This document shows, piece by piece, positions 9,159 through 19,087 of a stretch of DNA of 64,000 bases. Source of the DNA: a virus (taxonomy: Duplodnaviria > Caudoviricetes); IMG/VR virus record IMGVR_UViG_3300047169_000010, positions 4,216-68,215 of that record, one strand, 5' to 3'. The first letter of the stretch is position 1. The number at the start of each line of letters is the position of its first letter. Below the pieces are notes generated by a model. The model had not been told where the DNA came from. It did no database searches and worked only from the letters and a program-made list of their open reading frames with translations. A program made the position numbers and the translations under genes.

Positions 9159-9523
9159 TGAAAGAATTCATAACACTGTTCAAGAAGTCTACCAATGCTG
9201 GCAGGGTGATGACGGAACGGAAGTATCTTGGCGTTCCAGTGGCCGGATTCTATCGCGGCGTGTACATACTGCTGGACGTCACCGATACCGAAGTAGAGAT
9301 AGTTCTGGTGTGGACGCCAAAACTCAAACGGGGTGACGGCAAGGCGCGGCGTGCGCTTACATTTTTGTCCAGCGTCAGCGCTGCGTGCCGAATTCCTCTG
9401 TGTGTGATTCCACATACGTATGACAACGACGGGATGCCGCTGGATGCCTTGGCGCGCTGGTTCTTTCGCCAAGGCGTTCGTGTGATCGGCGGAGTACCGA
9501 GGTATTTGAAGGAGGCTGCCTGA
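9155..9523 (+). CDS. Putative GNAT-fold acetyltransferase
   Basis: IVLVWTPKLKRGDGKARRAL resembles GNAT motif A; LARWFFRQG resembles motif B. Overlaps the upstream gene (ATGA). Confidence 0.5.
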   Translation: MMKEFITLFKKSTNAGRVMTERKYLGVPVAGFYRGVYILLDVTDTEVEIVLVWTPKLKRGDGKARRALTFLSSVSAACRIPLCVIPHTYDNDGMPLDALARWFFRQGVRVIGGVPRYLKEAA

Positions 9524-9747
9524 TGGTGATAATGGGTAAATACAAGCTGGGTGCCGTTACCGTTAGCGGTAGAAAGTACAATCGTCTGTATGCACGCGAA
9601 AATTGCGTGGCACTGGCCTTTGTGGCACCCAGTAGGACGCTTGAGTACACGTTAGTGACAAGCCTTGAGGAGCTGAGCACACAGTACGGCTTGAAGACAG
9701 CCGTGCTGGTGCGAACGGCGCTACTCAAAGCTGGATGGCAGGTTTAG
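9523..9747 (+). CDS. Hypothetical protein
   Basis: Translationally coupled (TGATG). Confidence 0.45.
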   Translation: MVIMGKYKLGAVTVSGRKYNRLYARENCVALAFVAPSRTLEYTLVTSLEELSTQYGLKTAVLVRTALLKAGWQV

Positions 9748-9762
9748 AAGGCGAGGAATTAC

Positions 9763-10266
9763 ATGGCTGTAAAGAAGAATGTGTTGAAGTTCAACCGATG
9801 TGAGGAAATCACCAATGGTGGCGGTAAGTTCTACCGCTGCACGGGCAAGGCTGGGCACCTGCGCGGACACAAATTCGGCGTTCACCCGCTGCGCGGGCAG
9901 CAGCCGCTTGAAGTTGTGAAGAAGTTCATGCCGGTGAAGGTTGCGAAGAAAGAGAAGTCTGTCCTCGCTAAGAACACCGCGGAAACGTTCTTGAAGGCGC
10001 TGACCGAGTACTATGCCAACGACCGCCTAGCTCCGGGACTGGTGTTGGCGTGGCTGCCCGACAAGAATGTATGGTACGGCAGTGTATGTCGTTACGAACA
10101 CGGCACAAAGACTATTGTGACGCGTATTGAGCGAACCGATTCGCTTGCCAACGTGTTGAAGAACTTGGTGGGCGCGTGGCGCAAATCCATCGCCAGACCA
10201 GACAAATCCAATCTTCGATACATTCTTACACACGAGGACACGCAAGACTTTAGCGTGGAGTTTTGA
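9763..10266 (+). CDS. Hypothetical protein
   Basis: GAGGA RBS; 167 aa. Confidence 0.55.
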   Translation: MAVKKNVLKFNRCEEITNGGGKFYRCTGKAGHLRGHKFGVHPLRGQQPLEVVKKFMPVKVAKKEKSVLAKNTAETFLKALTEYYANDRLAPGLVLAWLPDKNVWYGSVCRYEHGTKTIVTRIERTDSLANVLKNLVGAWRKSIARPDKSNLRYILTHEDTQDFSVEF

Positions 10267-10272
10267 CGAAAT

Positions 10273-10301
10273 TTGCTCACACGTAAGTACTGGCTTATAA
10301 T
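10273..10301 (+). promoter_or_regulatory. Sigma70-type promoter
   Basis: TTGCTC-17 nt-TATAAT, ahead of a GAGGG RBS and ATG 10322. Confidence 0.65.
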
Positions 10302-10321
10302 TACTAACAGCGAGGGCACCA

Positions 10322-10717
10322 ATGGCAAAACCGAAAGTTTTCAAGCTGCCGAAGACCTTGGCGCAGTGTGCGGACATGCTGTACGAAAAGCGAGCTGAGC
10401 GCTTGGCGGTGCAGAAAGAAGTTGACCGCATTGCGACAGAGGAAGGGCTGCTGCGCGAACACCTGATCAACAACCTGCCGAAGTCCCAGGCCACGGGAAT
10501 TGAAGGCAAGGTAGCCCGCGCCAAGATTGAAACAAAGGACGTTCCGCAAGTCACCAATCGTGAAGAGTTGCAGAGGTATATCAAGAAACACAACCGCTTT
10601 GATTTGTTGCAGAACCGTCTCAGCGAGTCGGCCGTGCTGGAAATGTGGGCCGATAAGAAGACGGTGCCCGGTGTGGGCAGCTTTACCGTGGTGAAGGTTA
10701 GCTGCACTAAGAAGTAA
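10322..10717 (+). CDS. Conserved coiled-coil phage replication-module protein (Gam/Gp157-like)
   Basis: Helical N-terminus, then DLLQNRLS..AV......VPGV pattern; lies upstream of the SSB-like gene. Confidence 0.5.
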   Translation: MAKPKVFKLPKTLAQCADMLYEKRAERLAVQKEVDRIATEEGLLREHLINNLPKSQATGIEGKVARAKIETKDVPQVTNREELQRYIKKHNRFDLLQNRLSESAVLEMWADKKTVPGVGSFTVVKVSCTKK

Positions 10718-11010
10718 GTATCTAACACGCGCCGCCTGTGCAGAATGCTTTTGTTTGTGAGTAGTGAGTCCGTGGTAACACTAAGTTCACGGTAGATGGG
10801 CCATTTCGTTTTTAGTCCATAGGCGAGTTTGGCAATCCAGCGAAAACATCCTACCTGCACAGGCGGGGCGCGTTGGGTACACTAGGTTTGTCAGCGGAGC
10901 CGCTGATAAGAACCACGGTTGACGCATAATGCCGCCGTGGAACATACTGGGTAAAGCCGGGGAGATCAGCATTGAGCTCCTCGGCCCAGATGTAACAATC
11001 ACAAAGGAGA
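10718..11010 (+). ncRNA. Candidate structured RNA or leader
   Basis: Intergenic. GCCTGTGCAG/CTGCACAGGC perfect 10-bp stem is extended by CGCGCC/GGCGCG; further hairpins are CCGTG/CACGG, TCAGCGG/CCGCTGA, CCACGG/CCGTGG and GCCGGGGAG/CTCCTCGGC. Confidence 0.5.
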
Positions 11011-11015
11011 ACCAC

Positions 11016-11198
11016 ATGGATCACTGTTCATTCCACACAAAATACACCCACGGATGCGCCGCTTGTCACAAGGCGAACGGCAGCGAAAGTTCACTCCAGC
11101 CAGCGACAGAGGAAGAGCCGCAATCGGCGGTAACAACTGAAGAACATGAGCCCGAATCGGCAGACGAAGACACAGTTCTTGAAGACGAAGAACTCTAA
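11016..11198 (+). CDS. Small protein with Cys/His N-terminus and very acidic tail
   Basis: AAGGAG RBS before ATG 11016; CSFH..CAACH, then an E/D-rich tail. Confidence 0.5.
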   Translation: MDHCSFHTKYTHGCAACHKANGSESSLQPATEEEPQSAVTTEEHEPESADEDTVLEDEEL

Positions 11199-11234
11199 CA
11201 TCCAAACACTCTAACATCCCTAAGGAGAAACACA

Positions 11235-12137
11235 ATGGCAGGAAAGAAGAATGCACCCACATCAAATCCCGGAACGAGCATGGTGAAGTGGGAAGAGGAG
11301 ATGGAGAAGCGTAGTCAGATAGCGGCTGCTGCAACGGCGGCAGCGAGCGGCACCTTTGTCGGGCTGAAGGCTGGCGTCATCTCCATTGACAAGGTGCCCG
11401 TCAAGGGTAACGAGATTGAGGCCGTGGTGCTCAGCCATTGCTTTGAAAACGCTCTGTATCCCGGCAAGTATGATCCTGAAAATCCGACGTCACCCATTTG
11501 TTTTGCGTTCGGCGTGGCTACACCCGACATGACGGCGGATCAAGTGTCCAAGTTGCAGGACACCATGGTGCCGCACGAGATGTCTGTTGAGCCGCAAGGT
11601 CACAAAGACAAAGCAGACGCCGGAAAACCCGGAGGCAAGTGTTCAACATGCTGGGCGAACCAGTGGGCCAGTGCTGAGGAGGGGCGCGGCAAGGCGTGTA
11701 AGAATGTTCGGCGGTTGGGTTTGATTGCTGGTGATGATGACAGTATCAAGTCTGCCGACGCTATCGCTGCGGAAAAAGTGTATTACCTCAAGACTCCTGT
11801 GATGAGCGGCAAGAACTGGGACAGCTACGTGAAGGACGTGGCCAAAACGTTGAAGCGCCCGCCGTTGGGTGTGGTGACCAAGATCGGAATTCAACGCGAC
11901 GAAAAAGCTCAGTTCCTGGTGATCTTTGACGTTGTGAAGAAGATCGACAGCGCCGAACAGTTTGAGGCTATTATTGCGAAGGCGGACGACGTAACCGCGC
12001 AGATCTCCTTCCCATACCAACCACCGAGTGACGACGCCAAGACTGCCGCGCAGCCTGCACGGGGCAGCAACGCGGGGGCGCGCAAGTTTGCAGGCAAGCC
12101 CGCGCCAACGCCTACACGGGGCGCGGGCAGGCGGTAA
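11235..12137 (+). CDS. Putative single-stranded DNA-binding/recombination protein
   Basis: PICFAFG...C..CWANQWAS..GRGKACKNVRRL pattern; position upstream of the DNA polymerase; AAGGAG RBS. Confidence 0.6.
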   Translation: MAGKKNAPTSNPGTSMVKWEEEMEKRSQIAAAATAAASGTFVGLKAGVISIDKVPVKGNEIEAVVLSHCFENALYPGKYDPENPTSPICFAFGVATPDMTADQVSKLQDTMVPHEMSVEPQGHKDKADAGKPGGKCSTCWANQWASAEEGRGKACKNVRRLGLIAGDDDSIKSADAIAAEKVYYLKTPVMSGKNWDSYVKDVAKTLKRPPLGVVTKIGIQRDEKAQFLVIFDVVKKIDSAEQFEAIIAKADDVTAQISFPYQPPSDDAKTAAQPARGSNAGARKFAGKPAPTPTRGAGRR

Positions 12138-12143
12138 ACGGTG

Positions 12144-12174
12144 CGCTGTAGGCGTATTGGCAGCGCCTACAGCG
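12144..12174. terminator. Hairpin after the SSB-like gene
   Basis: CGCTGTAGGCG/CGCCTACAGCG 11-bp inverted repeat; no clear U-tract. Confidence 0.45.
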
Positions 12175-12197
12175 GCCTAAACCTAAAGGAGACCAAG

Positions 12198-12389
12198 GTG
12201 GCACAAGAGAAGGTTACATGGCAGCGGTTGAACGATATGTTGCGCGGCACTGATGACGAAAAAGTGATTTCCAAATTGTTGAAGAACGAGCAAGAAGGCG
12301 CTAACCGTCCGGGCTGGGTGCTGCGCATTCACCAGCGGCTGAACCGCGTTCGCAGCTTCCGTGAACAGAGAGAATTGGTGGGAAGATGA
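12198..12389 (+). CDS. Small conserved hypothetical protein
   Basis: AAGGAG RBS and GTG start; LL..E..G.NR..W..RIHQR..R.R pattern. Confidence 0.5.
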   Translation: MAQEKVTWQRLNDMLRGTDDEKVISKLLKNEQEGANRPGWVLRIHQRLNRVRSFREQRELVGR

Positions 12390-12523
12390 AGAAGCGTGTG
12401 AATGTGTATTTTTCTAGAGATCACTGGTATACATCAGATCTAAATATGCGTATGACGGTGGGTATTCATCGCACGTGGGTTGCCGCAATTGCGCACGCAG
12501 TCGTGTATGTGAAAGGTTGACGA

Positions 12524-14464
12524 ATGGCGTTCAAGTGCCCAAAGTGGACGACGTTGGATTTTGAGACGTTTGAAATAAAGCCGCGCCCTGATTTCCCACC
12601 CGTGCCGGTGGGCTGTGCGCTAAAACTTCCTGGTGAACGCAAAGGGAAGTATTGGGCGTGGGGGCACCCCACTAAGAACAACTGTACACCCGCTGAGGGG
12701 CACGCGCGAGTGTTGCAAGCGGTTGATGAGGCTGAGTTTATTCTGTGTCAGGAAGCGAAGTTTGATACAGAGGTTGGAATCAAACATATCAAAGGATTCG
12801 GCGCTATATTGCAGAAGCGCGGAATGGATACGTTCGTCCACGACACGAAGTACATGCTGTTCCTGCGAAACCCGCACGCCATAAGCCTCAGTCTAAAACC
12901 AAGCGCTGAAGAATACCTTGGGATGCCGCCCGATGAGCAAGATGATTTGCGCGACTGGATTCTTCACAACGTGCGCGGCGCGACCAAGGGAAATTGGGGT
13001 GCGTACATTGCCTTAGCGCCGGGTGACCTTGTAGGTAAGTACGCCGTGGGCGACGTCGTCAGGACTGATGGGTTGGGAAAGTTGCTGCTGCCGTATATAC
13101 ACGAACATGGGATGATGGAAGCCTACGATCGTGAACGGCGGCTGATGCCCGTACTCATGCCCAATGAGCAGGTGGGTATCAAGTGTGATGTTGACAAGTT
13201 GGCCGTGGATATCCCACGCATGGAATTTGACATTGAAACATGTGACCGATTTATTCGTAAGCGGCTGGGGAACAAAGACCTGAACGTGGGCAGTGACATT
13301 GACTTTGCGAATGCGTTGGCTGCGGCTGGCGTGGTACCCGACGACGCTTGGAAGATGACCAAGACCGGCAGGAAGAGCACAAGCAAGAAGAATCTGCTGC
13401 CGCACATGTTCAAAGACCAGCGAGTGTTCCAAGCGTTCTCGCATCGCAACAAGCTCAGCACCTGCGTCGCTACGTTCGCGCAGCCGTGGTTTGACCAAGC
13501 TACCGCAACGGGCGGCACCATCCATACGTCGCACAGGCAGGTGAAGGGTACCGGCGGGAGTGACGGTACGGGTGGCGCACGCAGTGGTCGCAAGCAGACC
13601 CATCCTAACTTTCAAAATATCCCAAAGAATTTCAACAAGAAGGATCCCAACTACAGCAAGCCCGTACACCTTGACGTGCTTGACCTGCCGCTGATGCGTA
13701 AGTATCTGTTGCCTGACAGCCCGAAGCATGTGTGGTGTAGGCGCGACTTCGCGCAACAGGAAATTCGCATCTTAGCACATTTTGAATCTGGTTCACTGCT
13801 AAAAAATTATCTTGACGATCCACGGTATGACATGCACCAGTTGGTGCATGACGGAGTGCTTGAAATCGTGGGTGTGGACTTTGATCGTGATCGTATCAAG
13901 GCGTTCAATTTCCAGGATATCTATGGTGGAGGCCTGACGGCGTTCTGTGAGTCGTTGGGTTGCGACTATGCCACGGCCAAACGCGTCAAAGCGGCCAAGG
14001 CTGCTTTGATGCCGGACGTGCAGGCTTTGCGCGACGACATTGAACGACACGCCAAGGAAGGCAATCCTATCAAGACGTGGGGTGGTCGTGAGTACTTCGT
14101 AGAGGAAAGTCACTACGTTGAAAAACACCAGCGCGTAATGGACTTCTACTATAAGCTACTCAACTATCTTATTCAGGGGTCTGCGGCCGACACAACGAAG
14201 GAAGCGCTCATACGCTATGATGCGCATCCCAAACGTGTCGGTCGGTTGCTGATTGACGTACACGATGAAATCAATATCAGCGTGCCCGCTAAGGCCGTCA
14301 AGCAAGAAATGCAGTTATTGCGCGAGGTTATGCAAAACATTGAGTTTGACCTTCCAATGCTGAGTGACGGAGAAACGGGTGAAAATTGGGGTAGTCTTAC
14401 GAAGTTTGTTGAGCCAGAATTTACGATGAAGTCTTGGAGGAATACAAGTGCCAATCAAACCTGA
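12524..14464 (+). CDS. polA: Family A DNA polymerase with 3'-5' exonuclease
   Basis: LDFET (ExoI), DFAQQEIR (motif A), KAFNFQDIYGGG (motif B), IQGSAAD, VHDE (motif C). Confidence 0.95.
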   Translation: MAFKCPKWTTLDFETFEIKPRPDFPPVPVGCALKLPGERKGKYWAWGHPTKNNCTPAEGHARVLQAVDEAEFILCQEAKFDTEVGIKHIKGFGAILQKRGMDTFVHDTKYMLFLRNPHAISLSLKPSAEEYLGMPPDEQDDLRDWILHNVRGATKGNWGAYIALAPGDLVGKYAVGDVVRTDGLGKLLLPYIHEHGMMEAYDRERRLMPVLMPNEQVGIKCDVDKLAVDIPRMEFDIETCDRFIRKRLGNKDLNVGSDIDFANALAAAGVVPDDAWKMTKTGRKSTSKKNLLPHMFKDQRVFQAFSHRNKLSTCVATFAQPWFDQATATGGTIHTSHRQVKGTGGSDGTGGARSGRKQTHPNFQNIPKNFNKKDPNYSKPVHLDVLDLPLMRKYLLPDSPKHVWCRRDFAQQEIRILAHFESGSLLKNYLDDPRYDMHQLVHDGVLEIVGVDFDRDRIKAFNFQDIYGGGLTAFCESLGCDYATAKRVKAAKAALMPDVQALRDDIERHAKEGNPIKTWGGREYFVEESHYVEKHQRVMDFYYKLLNYLIQGSAADTTKEALIRYDAHPKRVGRLLIDVHDEINISVPAKAVKQEMQLLREVMQNIEFDLPMLSDGETGENWGSLTKFVEPEFTMKSWRNTSANQT

Positions 14465-15227
14465 AAAAAGAATTACCGCCGTCAGCTACAGCCGCTACCT
14501 GCTGTACAAAGAATGCCCGCTCAAGTGCTATCTGCAGAACGTCGCCAAGATACAAGACACCAGCCCGAGCACTGCGATGGATCGCGGCACGGTCATTCAC
14601 AACATGGCAGCGGCGTACGTAGGCGGTGAAGTGCCGAAGATTGACCAGCGCGACGGCGACCGTTTGAAGCCATACGAAACGGTGATCAAGGCTGCGGCCA
14701 AGGGCAAGCTGCCCAAAGACATTGCCACCTTCAAGAATGAACTGGCCAAGGTGCGCAAGCTGGGCACCGCCATCGTTGAGCAGGAGTGGGCGTTTGACGT
14801 CAACTGGAAGCCGACGACTTGGTTTGCCATGCACGGCCCCACGGCGGCCTTCTTGCGCGTAAAGGTTGACCTCCACTACGTGCAGGAAAGCGTGCTACCA
14901 ATTATTGACTTCAAGACGGGGAAGGTGTACGCTGAGAAGAACAAGGAACAGCTTGAGCTGTACGGGCTGGCCGGGTTGCTCATGTACCCTGCGGTGAAAC
15001 TAGTGCAGGCTGCGCTGTGGTATACCGACGCCGGACACGAGGAGAAGCTTGAGGTGAAGCGTGAGGAATTGCCGAAACTCAAGAAAACCTGGATGACGCG
15101 GTTCGCGCCCGTACTCAATGACCGGCAGTTCGGGCCGCGTCCCAACGAGAAATGCCGCTGGTGCTTTTACCGGAAGAGCAACACGGCGAACAATGGCACT
15201 GGGAAGGAGTTGTGTCCGCATGGATAG
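14448..15227 (+). CDS. PD-(D/E)XK exonuclease (Cas4/RecB-like)
   Basis: SYSRY..Y.ECP, IIDFKTGK, QLELY and C-terminal CRWC motifs. Confidence 0.85.
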   Translation: MPIKPEKRITAVSYSRYLLYKECPLKCYLQNVAKIQDTSPSTAMDRGTVIHNMAAAYVGGEVPKIDQRDGDRLKPYETVIKAAAKGKLPKDIATFKNELAKVRKLGTAIVEQEWAFDVNWKPTTWFAMHGPTAAFLRVKVDLHYVQESVLPIIDFKTGKVYAEKNKEQLELYGLAGLLMYPAVKLVQAALWYTDAGHEEKLEVKREELPKLKKTWMTRFAPVLNDRQFGPRPNEKCRWCFYRKSNTANNGTGKELCPHG

Positions 15228-15431
15228 AGAATTCGCGCCTGCGCAAATAGGTCGCCATGGAGCCGGTGGACGAGCCTCCCCTTGGCAGTATGCGTGGTGC
15301 GCGACGTGCAATGGGTTGCTAGGGCGCGACAGCCTAAGCGAGGAGTGGCATCATCGCGGGGAAGATTGCGGCAATACTGTTCCTGAGCGGTTGGACACAG
15401 ATAAGACATCCCTCTCATTGGAAGTGAAGCC

Positions 15432-15641
15432 ATGACGACTATCCCAGAAGAGAGACGACGTATCGCATCGCAGGGTTTGCATGATTACTTGATGGATCAA
15501 ATCGAGGACTCGCCGCTGAAGGCCCGTCTTACACATGCGGAAGATTTACTGCGGGATTGGGATGCAGAATTGATGGCAGAGGGCTATGGGCCTGGACATT
15601 ATTGGCGTAAGAGGATAGCCGCGTTTCTGGAGGAAGCATGA
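15432..15641 (+). CDS. Hypothetical protein
   Basis: Coupled to its neighbours. Confidence 0.4.
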   Translation: MTTIPEERRRIASQGLHDYLMDQIEDSPLKARLTHAEDLLRDWDAELMAEGYGPGHYWRKRIAAFLEEA

Positions 15642-16801
15642 CAGGGAAAGAAGAGGTTATACAAGAGTATCCTGACGCCCGCGAATCATTCGACTTTGGA
15701 TGCGAAATCATCACAGGAAAAGGATTCGATGTCAAGGTTATTGGGCGCGGCTCCCCTAATTATGGACCTACCCCGTTTAGCGGGTACGACCACCAAAATG
15801 CGTGGGACAATGCTCTCAAGAGGCTACGTAGGCGTAAGTTGCGGACCTCCGTAGTCGAGAAGATCGCGCCAGCGCCCGCAGAGAATGCTGCCGTCTACGA
15901 TCTTGGTTGTGCTGAACTGGAAGTAGTTGGCCCGCACGAAACACAGGAAGAGTGGAGCGCAAAGCTTGAGGCCAAGCTGAAGGCAGAGAATGTGCCCGTC
16001 TGCGAGCATGGAGTGTTGCGCGCTCGTAAATGCTCGGAATGTTCATACGAAGCAGAGTGCATGACAGACTTTGACCTCGAAGAAGAGAATGCGCCGAGTG
16101 AGAGCGTAGGGAAGCAGGAGTGGCCGAAATATTGGTTAGGCGAATGGCAGCGCGTGATGGGACTGGCCGTAATGCGACAGCGTACCGCTACTGAAAATTC
16201 TCAGTTGATTGCCAGTATCGCGATGCCCAAAGATGAAGCCGAGGCGCTTGGCAATAAACTGCTATCCGTACTGAGGCCCCAGCAGAGCGAGTCCCCGGCT
16301 GCTACAGCCATTCTCGACGGCAAATTTCCAGTCAACATCATGCCCAGCCTGCCCAAGGATGCAATCCATATGGGCACAGAAGCGGCGGCTTACTTGATCC
16401 TGAAGTATCAGCCCAAACTCCAGCATAGCGAGTCTTCGGCCGTGGAGGAGTTGCCGCTGCTAGAGCCTTATTTTGCCAGCCACATACTGACCTGTTCGCC
16501 CGAAGGAGGGAATACAGATTGCTACCTCCGAAAAGACGTGGATGCTTATGTGGAGTCCGCCCGCGCAACAATAGCCGCTCTCATCAAAGAACGTACGCAA
16601 GCCAATAGCATGATTCTTTCTTTGATCGCCCAGAAGAACGAACTCCGCCAACGTCTCGAAGATGCCGAGGGGTTGGGCGCGAAGCTGAGAGCCGAGAAGA
16701 AGGAGATCTACGAGAAGTGCATCGGACTGCTAAAAAGCATATCCGACCTTGCAGGAAATCCCGCAGAATTGGAAGCGCAGATCGCGGAACTAGAAAAGTA
16801 A
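15638..16801 (+). CDS. Hypothetical mosaic protein with C-terminal coiled coil
   Basis: 387-aa ORF; CEHG..CSEC segment; coiled-coil end. Confidence 0.55.
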   Translation: MTGKEEVIQEYPDARESFDFGCEIITGKGFDVKVIGRGSPNYGPTPFSGYDHQNAWDNALKRLRRRKLRTSVVEKIAPAPAENAAVYDLGCAELEVVGPHETQEEWSAKLEAKLKAENVPVCEHGVLRARKCSECSYEAECMTDFDLEEENAPSESVGKQEWPKYWLGEWQRVMGLAVMRQRTATENSQLIASIAMPKDEAEALGNKLLSVLRPQQSESPAATAILDGKFPVNIMPSLPKDAIHMGTEAAAYLILKYQPKLQHSESSAVEELPLLEPYFASHILTCSPEGGNTDCYLRKDVDAYVESARATIAALIKERTQANSMILSLIAQKNELRQRLEDAEGLGAKLRAEKKEIYEKCIGLLKSISDLAGNPAELEAQIAELEK

Positions 16802-16975
16802 AGGAGCCACCATGCTACACGTCCTACTCGCCCTCATGCTGCAACAGTCGACTCCGTGTCCCGGAATTGGTAGTTGGCGATGCCGGACACGCCTATTTAT
16901 GCAAAGATGGAGCGTGGATCCCAGAGAACAGTGGTGTGATAGATTTGACGAAGCTATTCGTGGATTAGAGGTGCG

Positions 16976-17353
16976 ATGAAAATAGTCCTTGAAAAGGACG
17001 TAGAGGTGCCAGTCGTGCAACGCGCACGCGACCGGGGAATCCTGGTGGTGAAGCAGACCCACGCTGGAGCGCGGAGCCACCCTGACCGAGCGTTCTACTT
17101 CCCACACGGGCGGTTGGTGCAGATAGAGTTCAAGGCTCCGGGCAAGCTGCCCACAGCGCAACAGTACGACACGATTACCAAGTTGCTGGCGTTGGGTTAT
17201 GAGGTTTACGTAGTGGACAGCAAGGACGACGGACTTATGCTGATTGACTACTGTCTTGGTCGCGCTGCCAGCGGGCCGCGCCACGTTAGGTGTGAAAACA
17301 GAACGAACAACATTCTTGCCGCGTGCGGCGCAAAGCTGAGGAGCAAACGATGA
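16976..17353 (+). CDS. VRR-NUC nuclease
   Basis: HPDRAF...QIEFKAPG..PT..Q......L..LG.EVYVVDS. Confidence 0.85.
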   Translation: MKIVLEKDVEVPVVQRARDRGILVVKQTHAGARSHPDRAFYFPHGRLVQIEFKAPGKLPTAQQYDTITKLLALGYEVYVVDSKDDGLMLIDYCLGRAASGPRHVRCENRTNNILAACGAKLRSKR

Positions 17354-17550
17354 AGCAATACGTGGTAACAGAAGAAGAGTTTATGTCGCTAATTGAAGGA
17401 TTGAAACTAGAACAGTTTCATTCTGCCAGCGACCCCAATAGGTTTCTAGACGCAACTGGTAAACCGGATGTTCCACGTCTACATAAAGCATTCCATCATC
17501 GTGTAATCGTATGGATGCAAAGCATGGGTTTCAAGGGGTACCGTGAATAA
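17350..17550 (+). CDS. Hypothetical protein
   Basis: ATG 17350 overlaps the VRR-NUC stop. Confidence 0.4.
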   Translation: MKQYVVTEEEFMSLIEGLKLEQFHSASDPNRFLDATGKPDVPRLHKAFHHRVIVWMQSMGFKGYRE

Positions 17551-19024
17551 GATATCAGGACAAGCATGGAATCCGCACCAGTATCAGCGCAAGGCGATGA
17601 AGTGGCTGCTTGAACATGCCTGCGCCGCGCTGTGGCTTGATCCAGGACTGGGGAAGACGTCTATTGTGATGGGCGCGTTCAAGGTTCTGAAGAAAAAGGG
17701 GCTGGTGACGAGGATGTTGGTGCTGGCCCCGCTGCGTCCGTGCTTTCTTGTATGGCCAGCTGAGTTGCAGAAGTGGACGGACTTCCACGGTTTGAAGATG
17801 ATCGTGCTGCACGGCCCCGACAAGGAAAAACTTCTGCACGAAGAAGCTGACATCTACGTCATGAACTACGAAGGGTTGGATTGGCTTACCGGCACGCGCA
17901 AGTTCGGTGAGAAGAGCCGGCTCCAGCAATGGATGGCAGCCGGTAGCAATCAGGTGATGTTGACTGTAGACGAAGTTACAAAGCTCAAATCGACGAACAG
18001 CAAACGCTTCAAGCTGTTGAAACCGTGGCTGGGCAAGTTCAGCCGCCGCTGGACGCTAACCGGCACCTGTGCCCCCAACGGTTACATGGATCTATTTGGA
18101 CAAATATATGTCGCGGACGAAGGTGTTTCGTTGGGTCGTTATATCAGCCACTACCGGCGTTCCTATTTTGACGCGGGCGGGTATGGAAACTATACTTTCA
18201 CGCTCAGAGAAGGAGCCGACAAAGAAATTCAAGAAAAGATAAAACCGCTTGTGCTGCGCATGGACGCCGACGATTATCTTGACCTACCCAAGGTGCTGGT
18301 CAACAAGGTATACGTTGAGCTGCCCGGGGAGGCGAGACGCATCTACGACGACCTTGAAAGCGAGATGTTCAGCGTTCTACAGGACGCCAAGGTGATTACC
18401 GCGTTGGGCGCGGCGGCGGCCAGCATCAAATGCAGGCAAGTGGCCAACGGCGGAATCTACCTGCAACCCGAGGAAGACCCCGGCGTGGTGCAACGCAAGG
18501 ACACACGTGAGTGGCGAGACCTGCACACAGCCAAGACTGACGCCGTGTTAGAGCTTATTGAAGGCGTACAGGGTAAGCCCGTATTCATCACATACGACTT
18601 CGCGCACGACCTTGCGCGGCTACGCGCCGTGCTGGGGAAGGATGTACCAGTGCTAGGCGGCAAAGGCAGCGGCCCATCAGGTATAAAGAATGACAAGATG
18701 CTTGAGGACGCGTGGAATAAGAATCTATTGCCCGTGCTGCTCGGCCACCCGATGAGTGTGGGTCACGGTTTGAACCTGCAATTGAGTGATTGCCAAGACA
18801 TGATCATCCACAGCGACACGTGGGATCACGAGCTTTATGACCAGATGATCCGCCGCATACGGCGGCAGGGCAATAAGTTCTCGTTCATGCGGCTTCATCA
18901 CATCATTGCTGTGGACACAGTTGACGAGGCACTGTACGCCAGCCACGGGTACAAGGGTGGAATCCAGAAGGCTCTCATGGACGCGTTCAAAAAGAGGCGC
19001 AAAATTCCTGTTTCACGCTTGTAA
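17543..19024 (+). CDS. SNF2-family helicase
   Basis: DPGLGKT (Walker A), VDEVT (Walker B), LTGT, GHGLNLQ, QMIRRIRRQG. Confidence 0.92.
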   Translation: MNKISGQAWNPHQYQRKAMKWLLEHACAALWLDPGLGKTSIVMGAFKVLKKKGLVTRMLVLAPLRPCFLVWPAELQKWTDFHGLKMIVLHGPDKEKLLHEEADIYVMNYEGLDWLTGTRKFGEKSRLQQWMAAGSNQVMLTVDEVTKLKSTNSKRFKLLKPWLGKFSRRWTLTGTCAPNGYMDLFGQIYVADEGVSLGRYISHYRRSYFDAGGYGNYTFTLREGADKEIQEKIKPLVLRMDADDYLDLPKVLVNKVYVELPGEARRIYDDLESEMFSVLQDAKVITALGAAAASIKCRQVANGGIYLQPEEDPGVVQRKDTREWRDLHTAKTDAVLELIEGVQGKPVFITYDFAHDLARLRAVLGKDVPVLGGKGSGPSGIKNDKMLEDAWNKNLLPVLLGHPMSVGHGLNLQLSDCQDMIIHSDTWDHELYDQMIRRIRRQGNKFSFMRLHHIIAVDTVDEALYASHGYKGGIQKALMDAFKKRRKIPVSRL

Positions 19025-19047
19025 TTCCGCCAGCGCGCAATTACAAT
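19019..19047 (+). promoter_or_regulatory. Sigma70-type promoter
   Basis: TTGTAA-17 nt-TACAAT, upstream of a GAGGG RBS for ORF 19088. Confidence 0.65.
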
Positions 19048-19087
19048 AAATTCAGTAAGCAATACACGCAAGCGAGGGCACCGGCAG

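Noticed and set aside
12524-14464. Intron or intein in the polymerase or thymidylate synthase homolog
   Set aside because: The ORFs are continuous, of normal size, and show no splicing motifs.
14448-15227. Cas4 as part of a CRISPR system
   Set aside because: It overlaps the DNA polymerase gene in a standard replication module, so it is best read as a phage exonuclease.
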